Positions 9,750 through 19,215 of a stretch of 64,000 bases of DNA are shown piece after piece. Position numbers and translations under genes: made by a program. The stretch is from contig JBEKBT010000015.1 in NCBI GenBank assembly GCA_050015255.1, forward strand, positions 3,117 through 67,116. The letters run 5' to 3'. Under the pieces are notes generated by a model. It was not told the origin of the DNA and did no database searches. It saw nothing but the letters and a program-made list of their open reading frames with translations. Numbering within the stretch: the stretch's first letter is position 1; every line of letters starts with the position of its first letter. The DNA is from Acidimicrobiales bacterium (GTDB lineage: Bacteria; Actinomycetota; Acidimicrobiia; Acidimicrobiales; Bog-793).

Positions 9750-10676
9750 CTACCGGCCGCTTCGGGAGTCCTCCGGGATCTTCGGCGGTTTGTGCACGTT
9801 TCGAGATATCCCCAGCTGCTCCCTGGCGGCTGACCCCGCGATCAGCGGTGATTGGGTGAGCACGAGCAGGCCGGCGCACATGACCAGGAGGGCCACGGCG
9901 TCGAAGGCGAGGGCACCTATCCCGCCGCGCAGTTGGTCACCGAACAGGCCGACACCGATCACGATGCTCACGATCGGATCAACGATCGTCAGGGTCGCCT
10001 GGGAAGCCGTGATCGGGCCGGCATGGAAGGCGTCCTGGGTGAACATGAGACCCGCCAGTCCCGCGACAACGATGCCGTAAGGCTCCCAGTGCTCGAAAAT
10101 CTGCCAGAAGCCGTACGAGAACAGGATCGTTGTCGCCTTCGTGAACGAGGCGCTGAGCGCGAACGAGATCGCACCCGCCGCCCCGAACCACGCCGAGCGC
10201 CACGCCCGCGACGACCTGCGGCTGGTGCAGACGACACAGATCACGACGGCTGCCGAGCAGACAGAGATGACGATGACCCAGCCACTCGTCGTGGGAAACG
10301 TGGTCCCGCCACCAGCGTTGCTCATGGCGAGGAACCCCGCCAGGCCCGCCACGGTCAGCACCGTCCCGACTGCCTCGCGCCAACCGAGCGGCGCCCCAAA
10401 CCAGAAGTGCAAGATGATGACAAGGAAGAGGAGCTCGGTGACCATGAGCGGCTGGACAACGCTGAGCGATCCGAAGCCCAGTGCACTGGCCTGCAAGAAG
10501 AACGACGCCACCATCGCCGCGAGTCCGACGTACCAGACGGGGCGGTGCATGACGTGGTGCATGAGCTTCAGGCCGCGGCCGCGGGTATCGGGAGCCGTTT
10601 CGACGCCGAGTCGCTGGAAGATCGTGGTAAGGGCGTTGCACAGCGCAGCGCATATCGCGAGCAGGATCGCTACCAC
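9750..10676 (-). CDS. DMT-superfamily (NIPA/EamA-like) integral membrane protein
   Basis: 308-aa protein with about 9-10 hydrophobic helices and no soluble domain. It is embedded in the trp operon between the ygfZ-like gene and trpC. Confidence 0.6.
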   Translation of the reverse strand: MVAILLAICAALCNALTTIFQRLGVETAPDTRGRGLKLMHHVMHRPVWYVGLAAMVASFFLQASALGFGSLSVVQPLMVTELLFLVIILHFWFGAPLGWREAVGTVLTVAGLAGFLAMSNAGGGTTFPTTSGWVIVISVCSAAVVICVVCTSRRSSRAWRSAWFGAAGAISFALSASFTKATTILFSYGFWQIFEHWEPYGIVVAGLAGLMFTQDAFHAGPITASQATLTIVDPIVSIVIGVGLFGDQLRGGIGALAFDAVALLVMCAGLLVLTQSPLIAGSAAREQLGISRNVHKPPKIPEDSRSGR

Positions 10677-10685
10677 GAGCCTTGT

Positions 10686-11669
10686 CTATCCGATTTGGAG
10701 CGGGAGTTCCCAGATCTTCGCGATGGCCCCGTGAGGAGCCGCAGTGGCGACGAACGGGGGCACCACGTCGCGGCGCACGTAGGCGAGCGCGACCGGGGCC
10801 GTGAATCCTGGTGACCAGGCGACGCTCGTGAGTCGCCCCACCTCGCGCTCGCCCGCGAACAGCCGCGCGCCGGCGGGGCTCTCGGCCGCCGGGTCGAGCA
10901 CGACGCCGCGCAGCCTCCAGGCCACGTTCCCGCCCCGGACGTCAAGGCGGGCGACCAGCTCTTGGCCCGTGTAGCAGCCCTTGGTGAAGCTCACGGTGTG
11001 CTCGACCAGGCTGCCCGCCTCCTGCGGGATGGTCTTCTCGGTGAGCTCGCGGCCCAGTGCGGGCACACCGGCCTCGATGCGAGCCGCCTCGAACGCGGCT
11101 GGGTCGCCGAAGGGGACGTCCAGATGCGGACGCTTCGGCACCCCGACCGGTGCCAGCACATCGAAACCTGAGTAGCCGGTCCAGCTGACCGGCACGGCGA
11201 CTGACCAATCCTCCCCCAGGTCCGGCGCGCCCTCCCCCGGGTCCGGCCCACGGCCACCCACGATCATCCCGAGCCCCAGGCCCGAGCCCGCCAAGGCCGC
11301 CGAGGCCGGCCCGCGAACCTCCAGGCAGCGGACGGTCCGGCTCTCGAGCTCGGCCTTCACGCGCAGGCGGAAACGCCGCAGCCGCTCCGAGAGGGCCTCG
11401 CCGTAACCGGTCTCGGTGTCCAGGAGCACGACGTCGTCGGCCAGGATCGTCACGCGGCAGTACGAGTCCACCTTGCCCTGGGGAGACAGCACCAGCGTCT
11501 CCGCCGAGTCACCGAGCGCGAGTGGCCCCAGGTCCTGGCTCACTTGCCCCTGCAACCAGCCACGCGCGTCGGGACCGCGCACGACCACGGCGTCGCGCGA
11601 AGTCTCGAGGGCACAGGCGCCCTTCTTGATGAGGCCGTAGGAGCGCTCGAGGTCGAGCTTCGGTGTCAC
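10686..11669 (-). CDS. folate-binding YgfZ/GcvT-family protein
   Basis: Aminomethyltransferase-like fold with the C-terminal motif KGCYTGQELVAR, typical of YgfZ. Trimmed to the GTG at 11669, which overlaps the trpE stop (GTGA). Confidence 0.7.
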   Translation of the reverse strand: MTPKLDLERSYGLIKKGACALETSRDAVVVRGPDARGWLQGQVSQDLGPLALGDSAETLVLSPQGKVDSYCRVTILADDVVLLDTETGYGEALSERLRRFRLRVKAELESRTVRCLEVRGPASAALAGSGLGLGMIVGGRGPDPGEGAPDLGEDWSVAVPVSWTGYSGFDVLAPVGVPKRPHLDVPFGDPAAFEAARIEAGVPALGRELTEKTIPQEAGSLVEHTVSFTKGCYTGQELVARLDVRGGNVAWRLRGVVLDPAAESPAGARLFAGEREVGRLTSVAWSPGFTAPVALAYVRRDVVPPFVATAAPHGAIAKIWELPLQIG

Positions 11670-13189
11670 GGCTCTGCCCGGCGTGTTTCGGCCGCCATCT
11701 GGCGAGCCCCGGCAACGGCGGCCAGCACCGCGGCGGCCTTGGCCGCGCACTCTTCGTCCTCGGCCTGAGGATCGCTGTCGGCGACGATGCCGGCGCCGGC
11801 TTGCACCGAGGCCCTGCCGTTCGCGGTCGCGACCAGGGTGCGGATCGCGATCGCCGTATCGAGGTTGCCCGAGAAGTCGATGTAACCGACGATCCCGGCG
11901 TAGGGGCCGCGCTTTGTGGGCTCGAGCTCGTCGATGATCTCCATCGCCCTCACCTTCGGGGCACCGGAGACGGTCCCGGCCGGAAGCGTCGCCCTCAGCA
12001 CGTCCACGGGCCCCTCGCCCTCGCGCAGCTCACCGGAGACCTCAGAGGTGAGATGCATGACGTGGCTGTAGCGCTCGACGGTCATCAGCTCGTTGACCCG
12101 CTCGGAGCCAAAGCGAGCCACCCTGCCCACGTCGTTGCGGGCCAGGTCGACGAGCATGACGTGCTCGGCGCGCTCTTTCGGGTTCTCGACCAGCTCCGCC
12201 TCCAGCCTGCGATCCTCGCGGTCGTTCGAGCCGCGCCGACGGGTCCCTGCGATCGGCCTCGAGACGACACGCCCGTCGAGGAGCTGGACCATGGGCTCGG
12301 GTGACGCCCCGACGACCGAGACGCCCCCCTGGCGGAGAAAGAACATGTACGGACTGGGGTTCACCTGACGGAGCACTCGGTACACGTCGAAAGGGTCACA
12401 ACCGAGGTCGAAGTCGAACCGTTGCGAGAGCACGATCTGGAACGCGTCGCCGGCACCGATGTACTCCTTGGCGACCTCGACTGCGTGCCGGTAGCTCGCC
12501 GCGCTCGTGCCGCGCCGGACTGCGCCCTCGGGAAGAGTCGCCTCCGCTGACGGCGGTGCGGAGAGCGGTTCCCGGCCTGGGCGCTCCAGGTCGCTCTGCA
12601 TCACCTCCAGGTGCCGCAGCGCGTCGAGGTAGGTGGCCTCGAGAGCGGCGGCGTTGGAGCCCTCGGTCTTCTCCGCGTCCAGGAGCACGTTGTCGACGAG
12701 GGTTACCCGCTGGCGCCAGTGGTCAAAGGCGGCAAGCTCGCCGATGACCGAGATCACAGCATCAGGGTGGCCGAGATCATCGGCCGGTGGCGACGGCAGC
12801 CGCTCGATCTCGCGGACCACGTCGTAGCCGAGATAGCCGACGAGACCGCCGTGCAACGGCGGGAGCTCCTCGAACGACGGCGACCGGAAGAGCTCGAGGA
12901 GGGACTCGAGGCAGGCGAGCACGCCCCCGTCAAGGGGGACCGACTCAGGGAGCGAGCCCTGGGTCACCTCGATGTCGCGGCCGCGCGCCACCAGGGTCGC
13001 GGCGGGGGAACGGCCGACGAACGAGAAGCGGCTCCAGCGCTCGCCGTGCTCGACGGACTCGAGCAGGAAACCGGGACCGTCGCCGACCATTGCCCGAAAG
13101 GCGCCGACCGGGGTCAAGCTGTCCGCGACGAGCTCCCGCCAGACCGGCACGACGGAGTGCGCCCGGGCCAGCTCGCAGAACAGTCCCAT
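11666..13189 (-). CDS. trpE: anthranilate synthase component I
   Basis: Chorismate-binding enzyme motifs (LTPVGAF, IVLSQRF, SPEPMV, ERYSHVMHLTS, GAGIVADSDP). Trimmed to the ATG at 13189 (507 aa). Confidence 0.9.
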   Translation of the reverse strand: MGLFCELARAHSVVPVWRELVADSLTPVGAFRAMVGDGPGFLLESVEHGERWSRFSFVGRSPAATLVARGRDIEVTQGSLPESVPLDGGVLACLESLLELFRSPSFEELPPLHGGLVGYLGYDVVREIERLPSPPADDLGHPDAVISVIGELAAFDHWRQRVTLVDNVLLDAEKTEGSNAAALEATYLDALRHLEVMQSDLERPGREPLSAPPSAEATLPEGAVRRGTSAASYRHAVEVAKEYIGAGDAFQIVLSQRFDFDLGCDPFDVYRVLRQVNPSPYMFFLRQGGVSVVGASPEPMVQLLDGRVVSRPIAGTRRRGSNDREDRRLEAELVENPKERAEHVMLVDLARNDVGRVARFGSERVNELMTVERYSHVMHLTSEVSGELREGEGPVDVLRATLPAGTVSGAPKVRAMEIIDELEPTKRGPYAGIVGYIDFSGNLDTAIAIRTLVATANGRASVQAGAGIVADSDPQAEDEECAAKAAAVLAAVAGARQMAAETRRAEP

Positions 13190-13257
13190 GTCGGGGCAGG
13201 CGCCAGCTGGGCCACTCGGTGTGAACCGGCTCCGGCCCGGGCGCGACCCGGCACCGG

Positions 13258-13620
13258 TCACGGGAGCGGATCGCCGAACCGGCGGTGGAAGCAGCTCCAG
13301 TCGCCGGTGTGACAGGCCCCGCGGCCCTCCTGGTCGACCGTGATCAGCAGCGCGTCGCCGTCGCAGTCGTAGGCAGCAGCTCGGACCCACTGTCGGTCGC
13401 CCGAGGTCTCCCCCTTGCACCAGTGCTCCTGCCGGCTCCGGCTCCAGAACCAGGTACGCCCTGTGGTCAACGTCCGGCGCAAGGCCTCGGTGTCCATCCA
13501 GCCGAGCATCAAGACATCGCCGGTCGCGCGGTCCTGCACGATCGCGGCCACGAGCCCTTTCTCGTCGAAACGTATCCTCGCGATCTCCTCGTCGGTGAAC
13601 CCCACCGGGGAAGCCCTCAC
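13258..13620 (-). CDS. hisI: phosphoribosyl-AMP cyclohydrolase
   Basis: Motifs [33 protein letters not shown] and CHTG. The GTG at 13620 overlaps the stop of the upstream groES-like gene. Confidence 0.85.
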   Translation of the reverse strand: MRASPVGFTDEEIARIRFDEKGLVAAIVQDRATGDVLMLGWMDTEALRRTLTTGRTWFWSRSRQEHWCKGETSGDRQWVRAAAYDCDGDALLITVDQEGRGACHTGDWSCFHRRFGDPLP

Positions 13621-13973
13621 AAGTAGAGCCCTGTCCCGTCCTCGAGCCGCTCGGAGGCGACCGCCGGGATGTCGCGTTCGCGCAGGATCACGTAGTCCTC
13701 CCCCTGAACCTCCACCTCGAAGCACTCCTCGGGGTTGAAAAGGACGCGATCTCCGGGCCGGATCGAGCGCACGTTCGGGCCGACGGCGGCAACCTCGGCC
13801 CAGGTGAGGCGACGAGCGACCGAGGCGGTGGCGGGGATGAGGATCCCGGCACGAGACCGGCGTTCACCTTCGGCGGCGGGCACGTGCACCAACACGCGGT
13901 CATTGAGCATCGTGACCGGTTGCTTGACCTCGGCGGAGTCCGATCTGGGGCTCAACTTGGGCGATTCCATCAC
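13617..13973 (-). CDS. divergent GroES/Cpn10-family protein
   Basis: 118-aa ORF that aligns by eye to GroES: LNDRVLVHV matches [16 protein letters not shown] matches [17 protein letters not shown] matches GEVVAVGP, and [15 protein letters not shown] matches GEEYLILRESDILAV. Confidence 0.6.
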   Translation of the reverse strand: MMESPKLSPRSDSAEVKQPVTMLNDRVLVHVPAAEGERRSRAGILIPATASVARRLTWAEVAAVGPNVRSIRPGDRVLFNPEECFEVEVQGEDYVILRERDIPAVASERLEDGTGLYL

Positions 13974-14049
13974 CGGAACGGTAGCCCCCGCGACAGGGCG
14001 CCGTGACCTTGTGGGCAGGAACCTTGGCTCGAGCCGGCATCATAGGAAC

Positions 14050-15303
14050 GTGCACCGCGTCCTGCTGCTGGTCCCGTCCGCCTCCTACAGGGCCTCGGAC
14101 TTCCTCGACGCCGCGCGGGCGCTCGAGCTCGAAGTGATCGTGGGCTGCGACGAAGCACCTGTGCTCGCCGAGAGCGGAGCCTGCGTCCAGGTCCGCCTCG
14201 ACGACCCGGAAGCGGCGGCGGACGCGATCGTGGCCCTCGACGCGGCCACGCCTCTCGACGCCGTGGTGGCAGTGGACGACCAGGGGACGATCGCGGCAGC
14301 CCGCGCCGCGGCGCGCCTGGGCCTTTGCGCCAACCATCCTGACGCCGTCGTGGCGGCCCGCGACAAGCTCCGGATGCGCACGCTGCTCAGCGCGGCCGAG
14401 GTGTCCCAGCCCGCGTTCGCGGTCCTCCCCCCTACTGGCGAAGCTGCCGAGCTGGCCCGGCTCGCCGAGTCGGTGGGGCTGCCCTGTGTCGTCAAGCCGA
14501 CCTCCTTGTCAGCCAGCCAAGGCGTAATCCGGGCAGACACATTCGCCGAAGTGCTCGTGGCGGTCGAACGCTCCCGGTCGATCGCGACAAGCGCCGGCGC
14601 GCCAGCCGATCAGCCCCTGCTCCTCGAGCAGTTCGTGCCCGGCCCAGAGGTCGCCGTCGAAGGCCTGCTCACCGACGGTGAGCTGACCGTGCTGGCGGTG
14701 TTCGACAAACCCGACCCGCTCGACGGCCCGTTTTTCGAAGAGACCCTGTACGTCACGCCCTCCCGGCTGGCCGCGGCGGACCGCGCCGCCGTCGAGGCGG
14801 CCACGCAGGCGGCAACGAGAGGGCTCGGGCTCACCGAGGGGCCGGTCCACGCCGAGCTCCGCGTGCGCGACGGCCGTGCCTGGGTGATCGAGGTCGCCGC
14901 ACGCTCTATCGGCGGTCTCTGCTCGCGCACCCTCGAGTTCGGGACCGGGATGAGCCTCGAGTACCTGATCCTGGCCCACGCCCTCGGCCGGCCGGTGAGC
15001 CCTGCACCCATGCAGGGCGCAGCCGGCGTCCTCATGCTGCCCATCCGCGCCGGCGGTGTCCTCGTCGAGGTCACCGGACGCGAGGAGCTCCTCGAGACAC
15101 CGGGGATCGTGAGCATCGACCTCACGATCGCCCCGGGCCGCACGCTGGTCCCGCTCCCTGAGGGCAACCGCTACCTGGGCTTCGTCTTCGCCCGCGGTGA
15201 CAATCCGCTGGACGTGGAGGCGGCCTTGCGATCCGCCCTCGCGAAGCTGTACGTGCGCGTGAGGCCGGAACGACCGCTCAAGCGCCTGGCGGCCGGACGC
15301 TGA
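14050..15303 (+). CDS. ATP-grasp domain protein (carboxylate-amine / L-amino-acid ligase-like)
   Basis: ATP-grasp pattern: [40 protein letters not shown] and [11 protein letters not shown]. The start is uncertain (GTG at 14050, or GTG at 14011). The track ORF from 13735 overlaps the groES-like gene on the other strand. Confidence 0.7.
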   Translation: MHRVLLLVPSASYRASDFLDAARALELEVIVGCDEAPVLAESGACVQVRLDDPEAAADAIVALDAATPLDAVVAVDDQGTIAAARAAARLGLCANHPDAVVAARDKLRMRTLLSAAEVSQPAFAVLPPTGEAAELARLAESVGLPCVVKPTSLSASQGVIRADTFAEVLVAVERSRSIATSAGAPADQPLLLEQFVPGPEVAVEGLLTDGELTVLAVFDKPDPLDGPFFEETLYVTPSRLAAADRAAVEAATQAATRGLGLTEGPVHAELRVRDGRAWVIEVAARSIGGLCSRTLEFGTGMSLEYLILAHALGRPVSPAPMQGAAGVLMLPIRAGGVLVEVTGREELLETPGIVSIDLTIAPGRTLVPLPEGNRYLGFVFARGDNPLDVEAALRSALAKLYVRVRPERPLKRLAAGR

Positions 15304-16039
15304 TCCCGCAGGAGGCGAGCTTCTCCTTCGCCTCGGCGATCGTGTGGCGGCCGAAGTGGAAGATCGAGGCGGCGAGCAGCCCGTCAGCATGGCCGATGAG
15401 CGCGCCCTCGACGAGATGGTCCAGGTTGCCGACACCGCCGCTCGCGATCACGGGCACGCGTACCGAGTCCGCGATCCGCCCGGTCAGCTCGAGGTCGTAA
15501 CCGGCTTCGGTCCCGTCGCGATCCATCGAGGTGACGAGGAGCTCGCCGGCTCCGAGCCGGGTGCTCTCAACGGCCCAGCCGAGGGCGTCGAGGCCGGTCG
15601 CACGACGCCCGCCGTGGGTGAAGACCTCCCAGCGGTCGCTATCGCCGCAACGGCGCGCGTCGATGGCCAGAATGACGCACTGCGCGCCGAACTCGGCCGC
15701 CAGCCCTTCGATCAGACTGGGTGTGGCGACCGCGGCCGAGTTCACCGCCACCTTGTCCGCCCCGGCCCGGAGCAGTGCCCGGCCGTCCGCCACCGACCTG
15801 ACGCCGCCCCCGACGGTGAGAGGGATGAAGACCTCTTCCGCAGCTCGTTCGACGACCTGCAACATCGTGGCGCGACCGTCCGAGGAAGCGGTGATGTCCA
15901 ACAGGACAAGCTCGTCGGCGCCCTCGGCGTCGTAGCGCGCGGCCAGTTCTACGGGATCGCCGGCATCGCGAAGCCCCTTGAACTCGATACCCTTGACGAC
16001 CCGCCCGAGGTCCACGTCGAGGCAGGGGATCACTCTCAC
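15278..16039 (-). CDS. hisF: imidazole glycerol phosphate synthase, cyclase subunit
   Basis: Motifs [25 protein letters not shown] and IASGGVG. Trimmed to the GTG at 16039, which overlaps the hisA stop (GTGA). Confidence 0.92.
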   Translation of the reverse strand: MRVIPCLDVDLGRVVKGIEFKGLRDAGDPVELAARYDAEGADELVLLDITASSDGRATMLQVVERAAEEVFIPLTVGGGVRSVADGRALLRAGADKVAVNSAAVATPSLIEGLAAEFGAQCVILAIDARRCGDSDRWEVFTHGGRRATGLDALGWAVESTRLGAGELLVTSMDRDGTEAGYDLELTGRIADSVRVPVIASGGVGNLDHLVEGALIGHADGLLAASIFHFGRHTIAEAKEKLASCGISVRPPGA

Positions 16040-16797
16040 GGCTCGCACGCGGCAACCGCCTCCGGGATCGAGAGCTTTCCCGACAACAGCGCCCGACCCA
16101 CGATCACACCGGCAAGCCGGCTGGCGCCCGCCCCAAGGCCTGCGAGTGAAGCGAGGTCCGAGACGCAGGCGACGCCGCCCGAGGCCAGGACGGGAACGGT
16201 CGCCACCGCGAGGACGCGCTCGAGTCCTGCCAGGTCGGGACCGGCCCCGATCCCGTCTCGATCGATGTCGGTCACCACGACCCCGCCCAGGGCCAAACCC
16301 TCGAGCCGACCGAGGGCGACCTCCAGCTCGAGGCCCCCGGCCGCAGTCCAGCCCCGCACGGCGACCTCCCGCCGGGGAGCGCCATCGGGCCCGGCCGATG
16401 TCCGGTGGTCCAGGCCGACCAGGACCCGGCCGGGCCATCTTTCGGCCATCCCCGCGAGCACTTCAGGTCGCTCCACAGCCACGGTGCCGACGACGACACG
16501 GGCCACGCCGCCTTCGAGGAGGGCCGCCGCTGCGCCCTCGTCGCGGACCCCGCCCCCGGCCTGAACGGGCACCCCGGTCGCCGAGGCGATGCGGAGGACA
16601 AGGTGCCGGTTCGGGGACCCGCCGTCGCGCGCTGCGTCGAGGTCCACCACGTGCAGGCGTCGCGCACCGGCGGCGACAAATGCCTCGGCCTGCTCCAGCG
16701 GGTCGCCGTACACGGTCCCGGACGAGAACTCGCCCTGGAACAGCCGCACGCACCTGCCTCCCAGGATGTCGATGGCCGGCCACAGCTCCACGGTCAC
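16036..16797 (-). CDS. hisA: 1-(5-phosphoribosyl)-5-[(5-phosphoribosylamino)methylideneamino]imidazole-4-carboxamide isomerase
   Basis: Motifs [23 protein letters not shown] and VQAGGGVR. Trimmed to the GTG at 16797, which overlaps the hisH stop (GTGA). Confidence 0.9.
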   Translation of the reverse strand: MTVELWPAIDILGGRCVRLFQGEFSSGTVYGDPLEQAEAFVAAGARRLHVVDLDAARDGGSPNRHLVLRIASATGVPVQAGGGVRDEGAAAALLEGGVARVVVGTVAVERPEVLAGMAERWPGRVLVGLDHRTSAGPDGAPRREVAVRGWTAAGGLELEVALGRLEGLALGGVVVTDIDRDGIGAGPDLAGLERVLAVATVPVLASGGVACVSDLASLAGLGAGASRLAGVIVGRALLSGKLSIPEAVAACEP

Positions 16798-17429
16798 GCC
16801 TCCGGAGTCGTCTCGTCGCAGATCCGGGCAAAGCGCGCGAGGAGGCGGAGGCCGGCGGATGCCGACTTCTCCGGATGGAATTGCGTCCCGAACATGTTCC
16901 CGCGCTCGAACGCGACGGCCATCTCGCCTCCGTAGTCGCAGGTGCCGACGACGCTGCCGACAGCCTCGGCGCCCTCGGGAGACGGCGTGTAGGAGTGGAC
17001 GAAGTAGTACCACTGGCTCCCGGCATCGCCGAGCAGGCGCGAGCACCTGCCCTCGGGCTGCCGTACCAGGTTCCACTGCATCTGCGGCCGGCGCTCGCTC
17101 GCAGCTATGGCACGGACAGATCCTTGCAGGATGCCCAGGCCGGGGACCTCCGGGTCCTCCTCCGAGCCCTCGAACAGCAGCTGCAGGCCGACGCAGATCC
17201 CGAGAAAGGGGCGGCCTTCGTCGACACAGAGGCGGACCACCTCGTCGAGGCCTGAGTCGCGAAGCGCACGGGCACAGGCGCCGAAAGCACCGACGCCGGG
17301 CAGGACGATCCCCGCCGCGTCCGTGGCGGCTTCAGGGCTGTCGACCAGGCGGGCGTCGGCGCCGACGTGCACCAGGGCCTTCTCGGCCGAGCGGAGATTG
17401 CCGATGCCGTAATCGAGGACAGCGATCAC
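16794..17429 (-). CDS. hisH: imidazole glycerol phosphate synthase, glutamine amidotransferase subunit
   Basis: Motifs IAVLDYGIGNL, LPGVGAFG, catalytic Cys in GICVGLQLL, and FHPEKS. Trimmed to the GTG at 17429. Confidence 0.9.
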   Translation of the reverse strand: MIAVLDYGIGNLRSAEKALVHVGADARLVDSPEAATDAAGIVLPGVGAFGACARALRDSGLDEVVRLCVDEGRPFLGICVGLQLLFEGSEEDPEVPGLGILQGSVRAIAASERRPQMQWNLVRQPEGRCSRLLGDAGSQWYYFVHSYTPSPEGAEAVGSVVGTCDYGGEMAVAFERGNMFGTQFHPEKSASAGLRLLARFARICDETTPEA

Positions 17430-17436
17430 CTGTGGC

Positions 17437-18048
17437 CTACAACCTGCCCTTTGTGGACGGGATGCCACTGCCCTCGATCCGGGCAGCGTCCCGAAGCGCC
17501 CTGGCGACCGCCTTGAAGGACGCTTCGAGGACGTGGTGGGGGTTGCGCCCGTGACGGAGCTCGATGTGCAAGGTGATTGCCGCCGAGTGCGTGAAAGCCC
17601 GCCAGAACTCCTCGGCCAGCTGGACATCGAACGGAGGGCTACCGAGCGGCGCCGTCTCCCCCATCTCCACGTCGTAGTGCAGGTACGGCCTCCCGGAAAG
17701 ATCGAGTGCCACATCGACCAGTGCCTCGTCGAGCGGCACCGCGATCGACGCGAAGCGGCGGACTCCCGCCTTCGACCCGAGTGCCTCGGCGAGCGCCTCA
17801 CCAAGGACGATGCCCGTGTCCTCGACCGTGTGGTGGGCGTCGACCTCAAGGTCGCCGCGAGCCTTGAGGTCGAGGTTCATGCCGCCGTGCCTTCCCAACT
17901 GGGCCAACATGTGGTCGAAGAACGGCAGGCCCGTGTCTGCCTCGGCAGCGCCTGTCCCGTCCAGCTCGAGCAGGACGGCGATATCGGTCTCCTTGGTCGA
18001 GCGCCTGCGCTCGGCGCGGCGCGGATCTGGTCCAGGGTTCATCGCCAT
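17437..18048 (-). CDS. hisB: imidazoleglycerol-phosphate dehydratase
   Basis: 203-aa ORF with the metal-binding motifs DAHHTVEDTGIVLG and GRNPHHVLEASFKA. Confidence 0.92.
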   Translation of the reverse strand: MAMNPGPDPRRAERRRSTKETDIAVLLELDGTGAAEADTGLPFFDHMLAQLGRHGGMNLDLKARGDLEVDAHHTVEDTGIVLGEALAEALGSKAGVRRFASIAVPLDEALVDVALDLSGRPYLHYDVEMGETAPLGSPPFDVQLAEEFWRAFTHSAAITLHIELRHGRNPHHVLEASFKAVARALRDAARIEGSGIPSTKGRL

Positions 18049-18102
18049 CCGTCAAGCCTTGCACGTCCGGGCGCGGCCATCAGCCTTGAGCCGATCACCG
18101 CT

Positions 18103-19215
18103 TCAGTTGAGGCGCCGGCGCGAAGCGGCGAGCTGATCGCAAGCCGTGAGCTCCTTGCGAGCCGTGAGCTCATTGCGAGCCGCGAGCTGGCCGCAGGCAG
18201 CAGCGATAGCACGTCCCCGGTTCTGGCGGATCGTGGCGTTCACGCCCGCCTGTCCCAACCAAGCTTGGAAAGCCGAGACGCGTGAGCGGTCGGACCCGCT
18301 GAGGCCCCTCGAGAGGCCTCCCGCCGTCGGATTGAGGGGGATGAGATTGACATGGGCTCCGAGTGGACGGGCGAGAGAGGCCAGCTCGAAGGCGTCCGAA
18401 GGACGGTCGTTCACCTCCGCGATGCAGGCCCACTCGAACGAGATCCTTCTCCCGGTCGCCGCTCGGTATTCCTCGCAGGCTTTCATGACCGTCGAAAGGG
18501 GGTACTTGCGGTTGAGTGGTACCAGCTGGTCGCGCAGCGAGTCGTTGGCCGCGTGCAAGGAAACGGCGAGGTTGACCTGGAGCGTCTTTCCCGCCAGCTG
18601 CCGGATGCCGGGCACGACACCCACTGTTGAGATCGTGAGATGCCGTGCAGCCAGGCCCAAGTCCCTGTTCATCGTCTCCACGGCGGACCAGACGGACCTG
18701 AAATTGGCCATTGGCTCGCCCATGCCCATGAGCACGACGTTGCCAAGCTCGCCCCATCCCTTTGACCTGCAGTGCCTGGCGGCTATCACCACCTGCTCGA
18801 CGATCTCCCCCGAGCTGAGCTGCCGCCCGAAGCCGGCGTCACCGGTCGCGCAAAAGGTGCAGCCCATCGCGCAGCCCGCCTGGCTCGAGACGCACACCGT
18901 CGCTCGGTCGCGGTAACGCATGAGGACCGTCTCGATGCGCTTGGCGTCGCTCGTCTCGAGCAACCATTTCACCGTAGAGCCCCTGTCGGCGACGCTCTCG
19001 GCGACACAGGAGAAGGCAGGCGCCAGTCCCGGAGCTTGCGCGAGTCGGTCGCGCAGTGCCCGGGGAAGCTCCGTGAGATCCCCCGGCTCCGCCAGCCGCC
19101 GGTAGAAGCCGTCGAACACCTGGCTCACACGGTACGAGGGCTGATCGGACAGCAGTGCCGCGAGCTCCTCCCGTCCCAGGTCGTACCGGCTCACACGCGC
19201 GGGCTCATCGCTCAT
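18103..19215 (-). CDS. rlmN: 23S rRNA (adenine2503-C2)-methyltransferase, radical SAM
   Basis: Radical-SAM cluster motif (GCAMGCTFCATG), plus MGMGEP and the C-terminal AACGQL. Trimmed to the ATG at 19215. A repeat-derived C-terminal tail is described in the findings. Confidence 0.9.
   Translation of the reverse strand: MSDEPARVSRYDLGREELAALLSDQPSYRVSQVFDGFYRRLAEPGDLTELPRALRDRLAQAPGLAPAFSCVAESVADRGSTVKWLLETSDAKRIETVLMRYRDRATVCVSSQAGCAMGCTFCATGDAGFGRQLSSGEIVEQVVIAARHCRSKGWGELGNVVLMGMGEPMANFRSVWSAVETMNRDLGLAARHLTISTVGVVPGIRQLAGKTLQVNLAVSLHAANDSLRDQLVPLNRKYPLSTVMKACEEYRAATGRRISFEWACIAEVNDRPSDAFELASLARPLGAHVNLIPLNPTAGGLSRGLSGSDRSRVSAFQAWLGQAGVNATIRQNRGRAIAAACGQLAARNELTARKELTACDQLAASRRRLN
18124..18195 (-). 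repeat. 4 x 18-bp in-frame tandem repeat at the rlmN 3' end
   Basis: Consecutive 18-mers encode CGQLAA / RNELTA / RKELTA / CDQLAA. The DNA units gcgagccgtgagctc... are visibly reiterated. Confidence 0.7.

Noticed and set aside
13190-13257. A possible Trp leader peptide or attenuator between hisI and trpE (two TGG triplets and a small CCGGG...CCCGG palindrome).
   Set aside because: The TGG triplets are not preceded by a start codon in frame or followed by a stop. The palindrome has only a 5-bp stem. The 68-nt spacer is too short for alternative hairpins.
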